A stretch of DNA of 64,000 nucleotides from Bugula neritina (lineage: Eukaryota > Animalia > Bryozoa), in NCBI GenBank assembly GCA_964035545.1, contig OZ037768.1:19265700-19329699 (forward strand), in the 5' to 3' direction. The translations under genes were made by a program, and so were the position numbers. Below the pieces are notes generated by a model, which saw nothing but the letters and a program-made list of their open reading frames with translations, did no database searches and was not told the DNA's origin. Positions 50,463 through 64,000 of the stretch are shown in pieces; positions within the stretch are counted from its first letter, which is position 1; every line of letters begins with the position of its first letter.

Positions 50463-52789
50463 TTTGTTAATGTTCGTATTGGAGCACTTGACAACAAAAA
50501 TAAAAATGTCTTGCAACTTGGTCATAACCTGGCGTTTTTATACCAAACATCTAAAAACTGCAATTTGTAATTGGCTAGCACAGTTTTTTATTGGATACTT
50601 CGTATTATTTAGTTTGAACAGGTTATCTACTTACAAAATCATACACAAAATAGAAGTGCTCATGTATCTAATGTATAGGCATGCATGTCTATGAAGAGAA
50701 AATTCGATAACTCGGTCATAATTTTTCATAACTATAGTGAGCAGGTACATTTTAAAGTCGAACAAGTGCTGGAACATGAGCATCAACTTGCATGAAGAGT
50801 GAAATTACATTAGTTTCAATGAAAATTTATAAATGGTATCACAAATTATCTGATTGTAATGGAATACTTGTACATTGTGAAAAACTTCATACCTATGCGA
50901 AGCATTCTGTCAGACTGAAACTTTAAAGAAATTATTCTTATGCATAAACTTATTTGAATTAGTTCAAAGCAAGGCCTCATCAAATTACGTTAGGGCATAT
51001 TATAGTGTTGAGATGAACTGTAGCTGATGGCAATTTTCGTTATGAATACATCATCAGACTGATATAAATAAACTATGCTAAAATAATGAAATCAAAAGCC
51101 TAAAGTAATCACATTCACCTAGATCAACAACATATTCATCTTTTCTGATGAGCTTTTTGCATTGCAATTTGCTAAATTCGGTCACTATATTGTGTTGTAA
51201 GAATTACTACACACAAGAAATAATTTAGATGCAGCGATACATAATGTAGACTTTGACTTGCAATGTTCACTTCTCAGGCAGCATGATACTATTAAAAACA
51301 TCCTTATGTGTAGCTGCTAAAATGACTTTTTTGCTAACTGGCTTACAGCAACATGAATCTAAATTCTTTGCTCGATCTTTCAGAAAATGCACATATTAAG
51401 AAGTAGATTAAGATATTTTTGCAAAAGAAACCTCAGGAAAAACTCTAAGTTTACTTCACAAAATGCACGCTTTATATTTACAAACACTAAATGCAATGTG
51501 TTTGTTGCAGTCGATCAATGTTTTGATATTTGTGTTCCTTTAATTTGTGGTCTGTGTAAGCAGTGATTAGCAGACAGGTTTTGTTCCACTGTTTTACAGT
51601 CAGCTGCTGTGATTAACCCTTAATAGCTCTGCCAGTCTATAGATATCTAACCATTTCAGTGAGTTTGATGGTATTTTATTTAAATTTATTTTATATGTTG
51701 TGATTATATATTATGTACATTTTCAATTAGGTTAAACAACCAGTATGGTTATACTTTGTTTAACATTAGTTCGTAAAATTTGTATTGACTTAGTCGCTTT
51801 TCTAAAATAGAGAACCTATTAAGTTGAACACACATTTGGCCAATTAGTATTTTTGCATGTGATTTCAATTTGGTTGGTGCAAATTAAATTCAATTAGCTG
51901 TGTGGAACGCAAATATATTAATTTTAATAAAGAGGTTGAAATGATAAAGTATGTTTTAAGTGATGTGATCAAATGCTTGCACATTGTAAAAAATTTAATT
52001 ATTTATACCTATAGATCATATTCAAGTCAAAAACCTGAAAGGTGCCAATTTCATGCTTGAAATGACAAGAACTGATAAATCAAATCTATTAGGTGATTGA
52101 ACTCGATCTTTGCTATATAAGCACATTATCAGATTGTGAAAACTCTATAAAGAAGTTGCAATATTACGCCAATTGCAATGTAAACTCTGCATAAACTCGC
52201 TGCTTAAATTCCATATCACAGCTTGTCATTGCATGGTTAGCTGAGAGCTAAAGATAGACATTGTGAATGTCTTCAATTATATCAGATGTACTGCAGTGTC
52301 TGTTTTCATGGCTCAACTAAACATTCAAGTCTCTGGTTATGCTAGAATAGACTAAATGTCTATCCAATGCAATTTGAGACTCCCTCCGTTTCAAATAGCA
52401 TACTCTTTCAATTGCTTAAAGTATGCTATTACAGGGTGTTTCACTTAACTTGTAGAACAATATTGCCAGTATTAACTTGCAATAAATTTACCAAGAGCAT
52501 AATATGCACGATGTTTTTGTAAGTTTTCAAAAATATGTGCTTGACTTCACTGAGTCAAGTTACGTAGTGGATTGGGTAAATTTTTTTCTTCTTGTGTATT
52601 ATCTCAATTTTAATATAAAATGAATATTTTAAATTTATCAAGCTGCATAATACTGTTCTAATAATTCTATTCTAAGATATGATGTATTTATATATAACAA
52701 TATATTGGTAGTATTGTATTCCATATTATATCATAAACAGACTGCATGGAAGTTTACACGAGAATTGCTGCAATAGAAATCTAAATACT

Positions 52790-52999
52790 CACTCGCACTA
52801 TAGTTTATTATAGTTGCCATCATCACTGTGAGAAATCCCTGATTGAAAGGGTGTTTTGTTAAATCGAGCTAAAGACGTATACAGGTGGGGCAAAGGAAGA
52901 ATTACGACTGAATGCTCTTAAGTTCTAGCATCACCAATGGCCTTTACTAAGATTCGAACGCATGACTTAGTGTTTACCCCTAGACCACGGCTGCTCCCA
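52790..52999 (-). mobile_element. tRNA-derived SINE copy
   Basis: Same head (..CCCTAGACCACGGCTGCTCCC on +) and body as 48397-48611. Confidence 0.78.
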
Positions 53000-53429
53000 G
53001 AAATAGAAACCTAAATGCTACCAGTTATAAGCTGAGTCTTATTTAGAAGTTTTTTGTTTCAATTTTTAATAACAGAAAACCCGTTTACTACGTGTGAAAG
53101 GTTCACAATGCGTATATTGTACCATTTTTAACATTGAATGCTATTGAAAGTTATTTAGAATATATAAGATAAAACTATAATATAGCTTTTTATATGTTAT
53201 ATACCTAAAGCTCTTATAAGTCACATATATAGTGAAAATTTTAACTTCAAACTCTGCTAATGAAATATGATTTATACCATAATAATGCGGTAAAAGTCCA
53301 GCTAATGCAATCAACTCAGCTAGTCAATAATATTTTGTTGAAATACATTATAAATTAGCATATATCACAACTGATTTTTACTACTCAGTAAGTATGTGTT
53401 TGTTGTCTGCCCTATTTATACTGCAATAT

Positions 53430-55873
53430 TTTGCACCATGGCATTAACAAGTGTCTTACAAGTTTTTGTTATGTAACCCTCACTTTTCACCATGCAAATT
53501 TTTTGTTCTTCAGAAAATAGTAAATTTCAAAGTGTATGTTTTTTTAGCAGAGAGGCACTTTAAAATTTAATAAATGCGTTTACAGTTTATTAAACTTTTT
53601 TTAGTAAACCTACAAATAATGCAGCTATATATATGAGATTATTTTTGGAGATGGAACATCATTGTTAAGTTCAAATTAATATTTAAGATATATTGGTTCT
53701 AAACCTGTGCTATATTTATGTGTTTGTTTTAGCAGCTAGAAAAGTGACAATGATAATTAGATAAGTTCGGACTGTCTAAAAGTGCTCATTTATAGTTATA
53801 GTCATCTCAAGCAGCTAGCTTACATAAAGCATTTTCAATTTCTAGCTGATTTTCTGCTTGTATGGACAAAGGTGCTTGCATTTTATGACAAGTGCTTTGA
53901 GTTAATGGGGTTTATAACTAGTCTATTTAGAAAAAGAATACTTTGATCTTGTTTTAATACTCAACCGAAAGAAAAACATGTATCAGCCGGACATTCGAAG
54001 CAATTCTAAATTTAAAACATAAAGTAGTTTGATATTGTTTACAATCATTTTCTGGCAGCTTCAGAAATGCTGTTAATGGTAAATCAACTGCATTTTGGCT
54101 ATGACTGCAGCTTCTGAACAAAAAATTATTCCATTTATAATTTCAATCGCCAAGTCTTCTACTAAAGCTGAAGTTATTACACAAAAGGCATATAACAGAT
54201 ATAATATGCTTTTGTCACCTGTGAAAATCAATAGTAACAAATCAGTAGTTTTTTACAACTGAAAATTATTTCACAGTAAGGGACACTGGTGTTCAAACAT
54301 ATTTTGTTTATTTGTTGTCTTGAAATATAATGTATTTTTTCTTAATCAACCAAACATCATTGGTTATATTAACATGTCTGCCACTCTTCACACTTCAGCA
54401 AGAATCTGCAGTGTATCTCATTACAAATAGTGTAGAGATAGACAAGAAATCAAACTGGACTTTTTATGAAAGAGTTACAGTAATGCAAGGAAACCATAAA
54501 TTTAATTTCACCAAACATTTTAAGATTATCATAAAACCAAAAAATGAACTGTTCACAAAAAACTATTTTCATGTATTAGTTTTCTCGGAAGTTTTTTATT
54601 AACCAGAGACTTTCAGCATCACATCTACTGTTCTAAATTTATTTATTTTAATCATATTATGTTATTGTATTTTATCTATTGAGTAAGAATTTCCCATTAT
54701 AAAATGTGATAAAATAAAAATGATAAAAGAAGGCACTCAACATTGCATAAGACATTGTATTTATATATAATGATTGGTTTTCATATCATAACGAGTAAAT
54801 TTCTGTTGATATACCTGTGCTTAGTCAACTTCTGTAGGTCTTTAACTTTATTAATGTGCACGTGACAGAAAACCTTTAAGTGGTCAGCAAATTTGCATAC
54901 AATTACACATGTATAATTCATTCACAAAGGGGTTTGGATGATGAAGTGTAAAATTTTCCAAGCAAAAACTTCAAGACAAAAATATTGTGCATGAGCTGTA
55001 TTAATATAATTTACTATCTATCTGCTACCTGAATATCATAACATGTATCATTGCTTTCACTTCACTTGAGATTTTAAAGTAGAAACCTTATCTTCAATAA
55101 TAATTGCAATTACAAAATAATAACAAATGGGAAATCATAAAATTTGTTATTTCTTCCAAGCACACACGCATACATTTTTGTAATCTCTCAATTGTTATAA
55201 ATAAACTGCATGTTTCAATGAAACCTAATTTAAATGTATCATTACTTTTAATAAGAAATTAAAATCAAATCAGGCACAAGTTTTAGATTGTCAGCTAAGT
55301 GTATGTACGTATTGGTTTGCTGATTTTATTGAGGAAAGCATTATGGTTGCTAATACATATTTTTATATTTTATGACAGTCTGCAATATGTAAGGTTAATG
55401 TAGTTTTTGTTACATAATTTATGAAAGTTATGCTTTTTGATGAATTCTTATAATACAATAAAAATTGCCCACCAGGCAGCTGCCTACCTATTGAAAAAAT
55501 GAATTATGCAACATATTTTAAAGTAGCTATATAACTAGACCTGGTAAATTATTTATAAAGTTTTTGCCCACTAAGGAATTTTGTAGTATATTGAAAGCAT
55601 CTTTACTCGTTCACTTGGCTTTCTTTTTAGATTATGGTGATTGTACTTCATGATTTATGCTTTTTAGTTTATTACTTTGGTTTTATTTTATTTATAAAAT
55701 AGAAACTGAATAATTTTGAAAAATATAGATTTTGAGTGCAACAGTGAGGCCATTTTTATACTTGACAAAATTAGTGTAAACGTTTTATCAGAAACAACAT
55801 TTGGATTAGACTTTAGTTATATCTGCTTTTTTACACTTTAGTATTATATAATACCATGAGAAGTTTTAAATTT

Positions 55874-55875
<2 letters not shown>
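53430..55875 (+). repeat. Direct duplication unit (second copy ~57690-60425) covering upstream region, signal exon and intron 1 of genes 6 and 7
   Basis: Colinear alignment by eye, e.g. 54213-54500 versus 58730-59020. Confidence 0.85.
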
Positions 55876-55968
<93 letters not shown>

Positions 55969-56901
55969 TCTTTTCCAGTTCTCAGGATACAGTGGAGATG
56001 CAGGAAACTCTTTGTCATCTTCTGGTCTACCGTTCACTACTAAAGACAAGGATAATGATCACAAACATGATCTCAACTGCGCTCATGTGGCTCTTGGTGG
56101 GCTACATATAATATAATATATAGTGTTATGTAGCTAGCTGCAAACGTACACAATTGCACTTCAGGTTTTTTGTCATTAGAAATTCAAAGCATTTTACAAC
56201 TTTTTTAAAAATAATTTTTACAAGTATATACAAGTTGATTTTTTTGTGTGTGGTATGATTACGCTAATTGAATGATGCTTTGTGGTTTGTGCATCTCAAT
56301 ATTATAAGTCAATACATGACTCAGTGTAGTTGTTGATAGTTTCTACTGTAGCTTAAAGGCATACAATTTTACTGACTTCGCAATTTACTTTCAATTATTG
56401 ACAGTTTGCTTCGTTCTTGCATCTGTCTTCTTGCTGATGGTTTGGTTTTGCTGCGTTGTTGCTATGGGATTTTTTTTATTGTTTGTTTATTTTTTGCTTT
56501 ATATTGGATATGTTGATGATTTTCTGATTTAAGTGTTGTTTTACAGACTTTCATCTATATTTTCAAAAGAGCTTTTACTAGTAATTCTTTACTTACATGT
56601 AGAGTAGAAGAAAGGTAGTTGTATTTTACTTGCCAGTATGTCTGGCAGAGGTTGCAAATAAATTGTAGTCTGTCAATGAAGTAAAACAATTATGTTTTTT
56701 GAAAAGCATAATTGGACAGTGAAATATGTTTTAGGAGCCTGGTGGTATGGAGGCTGTCGTACTTCTAACCTGAATGGTGTCTGGTATCCAGCAAGTCCGT
56801 TGGATGTGAACAATGCACCAAGTGCTCAAGGGATTGTCTGGAGAGGATGGAGAGGACTTGAATATTTATTGAAAGCAATAACTTTGAAAGTTACCAGATA
56901 G
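54330..56901 (+). CDS. Gene 6: internally deleted FReD gene, predicted 144-aa signal + C-terminal (P-subdomain) FReD mini-protein, or a pseudogene
   Basis: Exons 54330-54479 (phase 0), 55979-56096 (C) and 56735-56901 (D) join into a 435-nt ORF; no PAN, A or B exon lies between them. Confidence 0.6.
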
Positions 56902-57323
56902 TAATTGTACCTTCTTTTATAACAAAGTCTGCTCCAAAATATTCATTCAATGTTGCGGTTAATTCAGTTTGATAATTTCTTTTCTGATTATGTATGTATA
57001 TAATTGATAGTAAACAGTCAGGGCAGTGAGGTTGCATGCAGAGTTTTGTTGCTTTTTTGAAATTATGAACAAGCAAGCTGTGTCCATAACACAACACACG
57101 TTTAGCATGAGCTTCAGTGAAACCAGTTTTAATGCTCTAAAACAAGATAGTCAGCTTTTTCAATAAATTTTTGTTGTATGTATTTGTGTAGTATGTGCTT
57201 TCAACTAGTTTGTTTAAATTATTTATGTAAATTTGCTTATGTCAACAGTGTAACTATTATTTTCTGACAAATAAATGTAATAATGCAATGTAGTAAACCA
57301 ATATACCCAGTTTGCTATAATAG

Positions 57324-57498
<175 letters not shown>

Positions 57499-58082
57499 CT
57501 GTCACAAAAGAGCTGTAACTTAAGCATGCATATTTATTAGCTAATTATTTATTGTGTACACAAGTTTTTGCACTCAATATACTTTGCTTTTTTGTAATAA
57601 TCAACAATGGCCAAGTCATTAACTTATAACTATTAATGCCACTCAATTTCATATTATATATATAGATAATAATCTTTAAAAGCAATTTTGCAGCATGGTA
57701 TTAATAAGTGTTTTAAAAGTTTTCGTTACGTAACACTCACTGTTCATCATTCAAACTTTTTGTTTTTCAGAAAATAGCAAATTTCAAAGTGTGTATTTTT
57801 TTAGCAGAAGGAATTCAAAATTTAATAAATACGTTTCAAGTTTATTCAACTTTTTTAGTAAAATTACAAATAATGCAAGTCTGAAATAATTTTTGAAGAA
57901 GATACTTCTTGTAGCTTCAAGTTATTCCTTATGATGTTTGTCTCCAGCCTGTGCTATATTTGCATGTGTGTTTGTTTTATCGGAGAGGTGACAGGGATGA
58001 GATAAGCTTCCACTGTATAAAACTGCTCATTTAAGTGCTCGTCTAAAAACAATTCTAACTCCTACTCTGCCTGTGTCGCATA

Positions 58083-58319
58083 TGTTGATATGATACAATG
58101 TTTCGCTGTTGTGACAATGAACATTTATAACTAACAAATAACCATATTATTAATGGTCTTCTCTCTGTACGAATACTTTATTATATTACCCACAATACCT
58201 TTTCTCGTTTTTTCTCTTCTTCTACATACGTAAAATATAACAGTTTTGTCAACTACAACTCCACCAATTTTATCCTAATATTTAACATAAACAAGATGTC
58301 ATCAGTCTCCAACTCAACA
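58083..58319 (-). mobile_element. Solo LTR-like insertion upstream of gene 7
   Basis: TGTTGA...TCAACA termini, 5-bp GCATA duplication (58078-58082 / 58320-58324); absent at the paralogous site ~53860. Confidence 0.8.
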
Positions 58320-58844
58320 GCATAAATAACGGTGCTGGTACTTTATGACCAGTCATTTGAGCTTATAGGTTTTCAAAAGCCAATCAGAGACAGTTCTTTT
58401 GAAAGAGAAATACTTTGACTTCGATTCATGTCCAAATGATGCGTTGTTTTATTGCTCAAACAGAAAGAAAGCTTATATACGGTAAACTTTAACAACAATG
58501 TTAAATTATCAATATAAGGTAGTTTTTTATTTTTTATAATACTTCTCTGGCAGCTTAGAAGATAGTGCTCATAGTAAATATTATAACAGCACTGCATTTT
58601 TGGATATGACTGCAGCCTCTTAAAAAATATTTATTTCATATATAATTTAAATGAACAGGTCTTCAGCTGAAGCTAAAGTTAATGCAGAAAAAGCCTAACA
58701 GATATATTCCTTTGAGGAAAGAAATGCTTTCGTCAACTGTGAAAATCAATAGTAACAAATCAGCAGTTTTTCCAACTGAAAATTAGTTCATGGTAAGGGA
58801 CAATGGTGTTCAAACATAGTTTATTCATTCATTCTGTTGAAATA

Positions 58845-61800
58845 ATGTATTTTTTCTTAATCAACCAAATATCATTGGTTATATTAACATGTCTGCCACT
58901 CTTCACACTTCAGCAAGAATATGTAGTGTATCTCATTACAAATGGTGTAGAGATAGACAAGAAATCAAACTGGACCTCTTATGAAAGAGTTGCAGGTAAT
59001 GCAAAAAAACCATATTTAATTTGACCAAAAAATTTATAATTATCTAGAAAAAAATGAATTGTTAAAATAACTTTTGTATCATATTAGTATTCTCGAAAAT
59101 TTCTGATCAACTTAAGGCTTTCAGTACCACACCTATAACTGTTCCAAATTTATTTATTTTAGTCATATTATGTTATTGTATTTTATCTACTGTATAGATA
59201 AAAACTTTTTTATCAGACGTGATAAAATAAAAATGATAAGAGAAGGTATTCAACATTGCATAAGATATTTTATCTATATAATGATTTATTTTATTCATAT
59301 CATCTAAAAATAATTTTTTGGTGACATATCTATGCTTATAGCAACTTTTGCAGGTTTTCAACTTTATAAATTTGGAACAAATCTTTAATCTGTCAGCAAA
59401 TTTACACACATTCACACGCGTATAATTCTTTCACAAAGAGGTTTGGCTACTGAAGTGTAAACATTTTTCAACAAATACTTCAAGGCCAAAAATATTATGT
59501 ATTAGCTGTATTAAAATTTACTATAGCTATCTGCTGTGTGAATATCATACCATAACATTGCTTTTACTCTGCCTGCTATTTTAAAGTGAAAGCCATATAA
59601 TTTTAAATATTTATAGTCATGCAATTACAAAATAATAACAATTATGGAAAAACATCAAATGTGTTGTTTTTTCCAAGCACACACATGTACATTTTATTGT
59701 TATAAATAAAGGTTGTGATGGAACCTAATTTAAACGTATAATTACCTTTAATAAAAAATAAAAAAATTAGACTAAGCTCAAGTTGTTAGATTGTCAGTTG
59801 TGTATGTATATATGTAGCAGTTTGCTGATTTTATTGAGGAAAGCACCATGGCTGCTGATATACACGTTTTTTTTCATATTTTAAGACAGTCTACAATATG
59901 TAAGGTCAATTTAGTCTTTGTTGCATAATTTATGAAAATTATTCCTTTTGATGAAGTCTTATAATACGATAAAAATTGCCCACCCAGGCAATTGCCCACT
60001 CATCCCAAGTATAATAAATTATGCAACAGATTTTACTGCAGCATATATAACTAGACCCGGTATAAATAATTTACAAAGTTTTTGCCCACTAAAGAATTTT
60101 ATAGTATATTGAAAGCATCTGTACTCATTCACTCGGCTTTCCTTTTAAATTATGATGATCATACCTCATGATCAATGCTTTTCAGTTAATTAATTTGGTT
60201 TTAATTTATTCATAAAATAGCACCTGCAAAAAATTGAAAAACAGATTTTGAGTGCAAGATCGCGGTGCACTGTTCCACTCAAAATCTATGTTGTGGGCAG
60301 TTTTATACTTGACAAAACTCGTGTAAACGTTTTATCAGAAACAACATTTGGTTTAGATTTTGGTTATATCTACTTATTTGCACTTTAGTGCTATTTAATA
60401 CCGTGCATAGTTTTCAATTTAAGAATTTTGTCTATAAATATGTACAAGAAACAAATCTAGTTGCCGAAACTTTGGTATAACTTGCTCACTCACTTGGGTG
60501 ATATAAATGAAGACTGACTAACTACACATATTAATTCCAAGGCAATTAACCAACATTATTGCACTCTTTCTACCATTGTTGTAATTATCGAGCTATAGAC
60601 AATTCCTATAACATGTTAGAGAATGGCTTAGCCTGCTTATTACGCAGTAGGCTGAACCTTGAGACTGGTATATACTCAAATATTCTGCAGCATCAAAATA
60701 TAGTGAATATTCAATAATGAAGATATAAAAGCAAATTATAAACCTATGAAACTGTTTTTTAAGCATTTAAGGAAAAATATAATGGCCAGATATTTTCTTG
60801 TGAACATGAGAGATTAAATTTTTAGAGTAGAAATAGCCGCATAAATAGCTGAGTCTAAATTGTGGGACATATTAATTGTTTTTCCTTCTCCAAAGGTAAA
60901 AAACTTTCAATGTCTTGAAACTATATAAGATTATGTTGGAGTATTACCCATAATTATGTTTTGGGTCAAAGCTTGAATAAGAGCTGCTACCTGTTTTTCT
61001 TAGTAAATTATGTTTGTCCTCTGTAACATGCCAAAAATGAACTCTTGAGTTGACAAGAAAATGAAAATTCAAACTTATTGGAAAGGTCAAATTAATTATT
61101 TACACTCATGCTAATCATGCATGCTTGAAGCATACAAATAAGTAGTTGTTATTCAACAGTTAAACTTTGTAACAAGTTCTAAACTGAATTAAAATTCAGT
61201 TAATATTTACTGCTTGTTTTAGATGTTCGCTCATTGCCCGCATGCTCACACCTATGTCTGAAAGATAAGAAATGTGTTTCTACTCTGTATGATGTTTCCC
61301 TAAAAGATTGTCAACTCTTTTCTCACTGTTTACCATATGTCACTTCTGCACGTAGCAACACAGACTTAGTATACATAAGAAATTATGGTGGCAAAAGCAA
61401 ATACAAAGGTTAGTAAATACATGCATGGCTTTGGTACCTAATTTCTGTATTCTCAGCTTACTGAAGGGTTTTAGCTTTCACTGCTGTAAACTCAATTGCT
61501 GATATGATAACTATGTAAAACAGCAGTATATTCAGCAAAAGTCATGAACATATAATAAGGAGCTTTGGTAAAATACAAATGTGCAAAAAGAAATGTGATC
61601 TTGTATTTAAATGAGAGGTAAATTTAACTATTGATAATGTGCCTCCAAATAGAGCAGCAAATTTATCTTTTGAATAGCATAGATCATTACTTATATATGT
61701 AAAATTTGATATACAGTTAAGAGATGTTAGCAATAAAACAACTATATGCATGCTCAGCTTTTGCATGAGAGGGCATTTTTGATAGATATAAAGAATGAAA

Positions 61801-63553
61801 ACTACCAAATGACGAAGATTTCTGTCATGAGATAGTAAACATTATTTAACCTTTTTATATCAATTATTAATTATTAATTTCTGAAATGATGGCTACTATT
61901 GTTATAAATAAAATATTGAAATTATACAGTGTCACAAATTTTTCCAAAGTGTATTATTTCTTTACAGATTTAACAGTTATTATACATAATAGATGTTGGT
62001 GTTATATTGATTTTTTCAGGTAGAATAATAAAATATAGTTCACACAGTTGTATATAAATTATTAATGCATATGTGCTCTTAATAAAAAACTAACAACTTA
62101 TTTGCTAGAAAACATGTTATAATATGTAATATTCAACCTGCAGCAAAAATAAATTTCCTTAGCCCAAAAATGAGATTTTATTCACACAAGTTTTACAGCT
62201 ACCAGAATATGTTTGTTCTGTAACACATCCTGTCTGTATATTATATAAATAATATATGAGAAATGGAATTAGTCTCATAAACTATGGTCTATTTGTTAAT
62301 CTTAATTAATGTCATTAACTTTTTACCTCATTGGTTATAAATAAATGCAGCTTATAGACGTGTCCTGTTATTAACTGCACTATTTCAGCAAACAAATCTA
62401 TTGCAGGCAAATCAATTTAGCTTATATATAAGCTATAAATGCTTGTAAGCTGGACATTGGCCTAACAATATAAATAGTGTGTTATGGTCACTATATAACC
62501 AGTAACGTACTATGGGTAGAGCCTTATTTAAGTGATAATTAGTTATAAAATTATCCTTCACAATTTCTTTTATGTTGTAGTATAAAATAAAATCAAAAAT
62601 GGTTTGAAGTAATTTTGTAAATTGGTACACATTTTTGAATATTTTTACTAACATATTGTTTGATTCATTATAGTTTTTACATTGCTAGCTATGGCATCAG
62701 TCTAGACTTATGGCAATAATAAAGTACCAATAAAATGAAACGTATATGGCTGTGCTACATGAATATTGATCAATTTGAACCGATTAATTTTAATTGTTAA
62801 CAAATTATCCCATCAGATTGTCAAGAAGCATTTGAGTCTGGAGAGAGATGTCCTGGTGTCTACACACTGAGAGATCCAGATACTTCTATGGAGTTTGATG
62901 TATACTGTGAGTTTGACAATGAACATGGCTGGACTGTAATACAGAGAAGACTGGATGGTTCTGTTGACTTCTACAGAGGTTGGGATGATTATGTGGCTGG
63001 ATTTGGTTACGTGACAGGAGAACACTGGCTGGGTTAGTACATATAATTTATATGAGAATCACTATATAACCTTGTCTGTCAGTTACAAAAGAAATTAATA
63101 AATAATCTAGTTTTAAGCTCTCAATATGCACTACACACCTATAGGCCTATCTCTGCATTGTCCTGTTCAGATAGCTGGAAGCTCTGAATATGCACTATTA
63201 CAGTTTACAAAACTTTTTTACAATAACTATAAGTTAATTTTTGCTGCCAAACTTAAGGACAAGCATTCACCCATACGTACTATGGTACTAATATTATAAG
63301 CAACAGCTCTATATACAGTAGGTATACTGTGGTCACAAAATTACCACATTTCATTATTCACTGTTATATCAACTTAGGTTTGGAGTACATCAACTACTTG
63401 ACTGCCACCAATAGAAAGTTGAGTATCTATCTGGAAGATCATGTGGGAGAAGTGAGACATGCTAACTATTCCACTTTCTACATTAGTGACAGCTCTACCA
63501 ATTATGCTCTAACTGTGAGAAAACAGATTTTCTATTTTAATAAATATAAACAA

Positions 63554-63586
<33 letters not shown>

Positions 63587-63806
63587 CGCACACACAAGGT
63601 TATATAATATATAATATATAATATATAATATATAACATATTATATATTATAATATATAATATATAATATATATACAACTTTTTTTTAGTTTTCAGTATAC
63701 AGTGGAGATGCAGGAAACTCTTTTGCACTCGTTGGTCAACCGTTCACTACTAAAGACAAGGATAATGATTTAAATGCTAATCAAAACTGTGCTGAGATGA
63801 GTCATG
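58845..63806 (+). CDS. PAN-FReD gene 7 (last exon beyond the window)
   Basis: Exons 58845-58995 (signal), 61223-61408 (PAN), 62817-63032, 63378-63514, 63689-63806; open and phase-compatible. Confidence 0.9.
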
Positions 63807-64000
63807 GTGAGAAACATTCATGATATATAAATGTTATGTATAGCTAGCTTAGAAGTTAAACAAATACTTCAAGATTCTTATTAACAAAAATATGATCTAT
63901 ATCATAACTGTTTTTAAAAATCATTCCTTCAAATACAGGTGTCATTTTCTTTTGCTGTAATACTTCAATTTCTTGAATAATTGTTGCTTGAACTTAATTT

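Overview
AT-rich, intron-containing animal (invertebrate) genomic DNA; the species cannot be determined from the sequence alone. The window is dominated by a cluster of secreted signal-peptide + PAN/apple + fibrinogen-related-domain (FReD) genes, which I reconstructed exon by exon with phase-compatible GT-AG junctions. Gene 1 is 5'-truncated by the window, gene 2 is a pseudogene, and genes 3 and 4 are intact. Gene 5 is an inverted copy of gene 3 with a stop in its linker exon. Gene 6 is internally deleted but remains in frame, giving signal + P-subdomain only. Gene 7 runs off the window. FReD exon A is nearly identical across otherwise divergent paralogs, and the genes look like exon-level mosaics. 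Also present: an intronless class A GPCR, a 3-exon QPD-type C-type lectin, an orphan Ser-rich gene, a ~10 kb inverted duplication, a Tc1 relic, four solo-LTR-like inserts with TSDs, tRNA-Thr-derived SINEs, and Penelope-like fragments in (TA)n tracts that carry hammerhead ribozyme motifs, including a 200-bp palindrome with a hammerhead on each strand. Most short ORFs in the supplied track are microsatellite artefacts. All coordinates and identities were read by eye.
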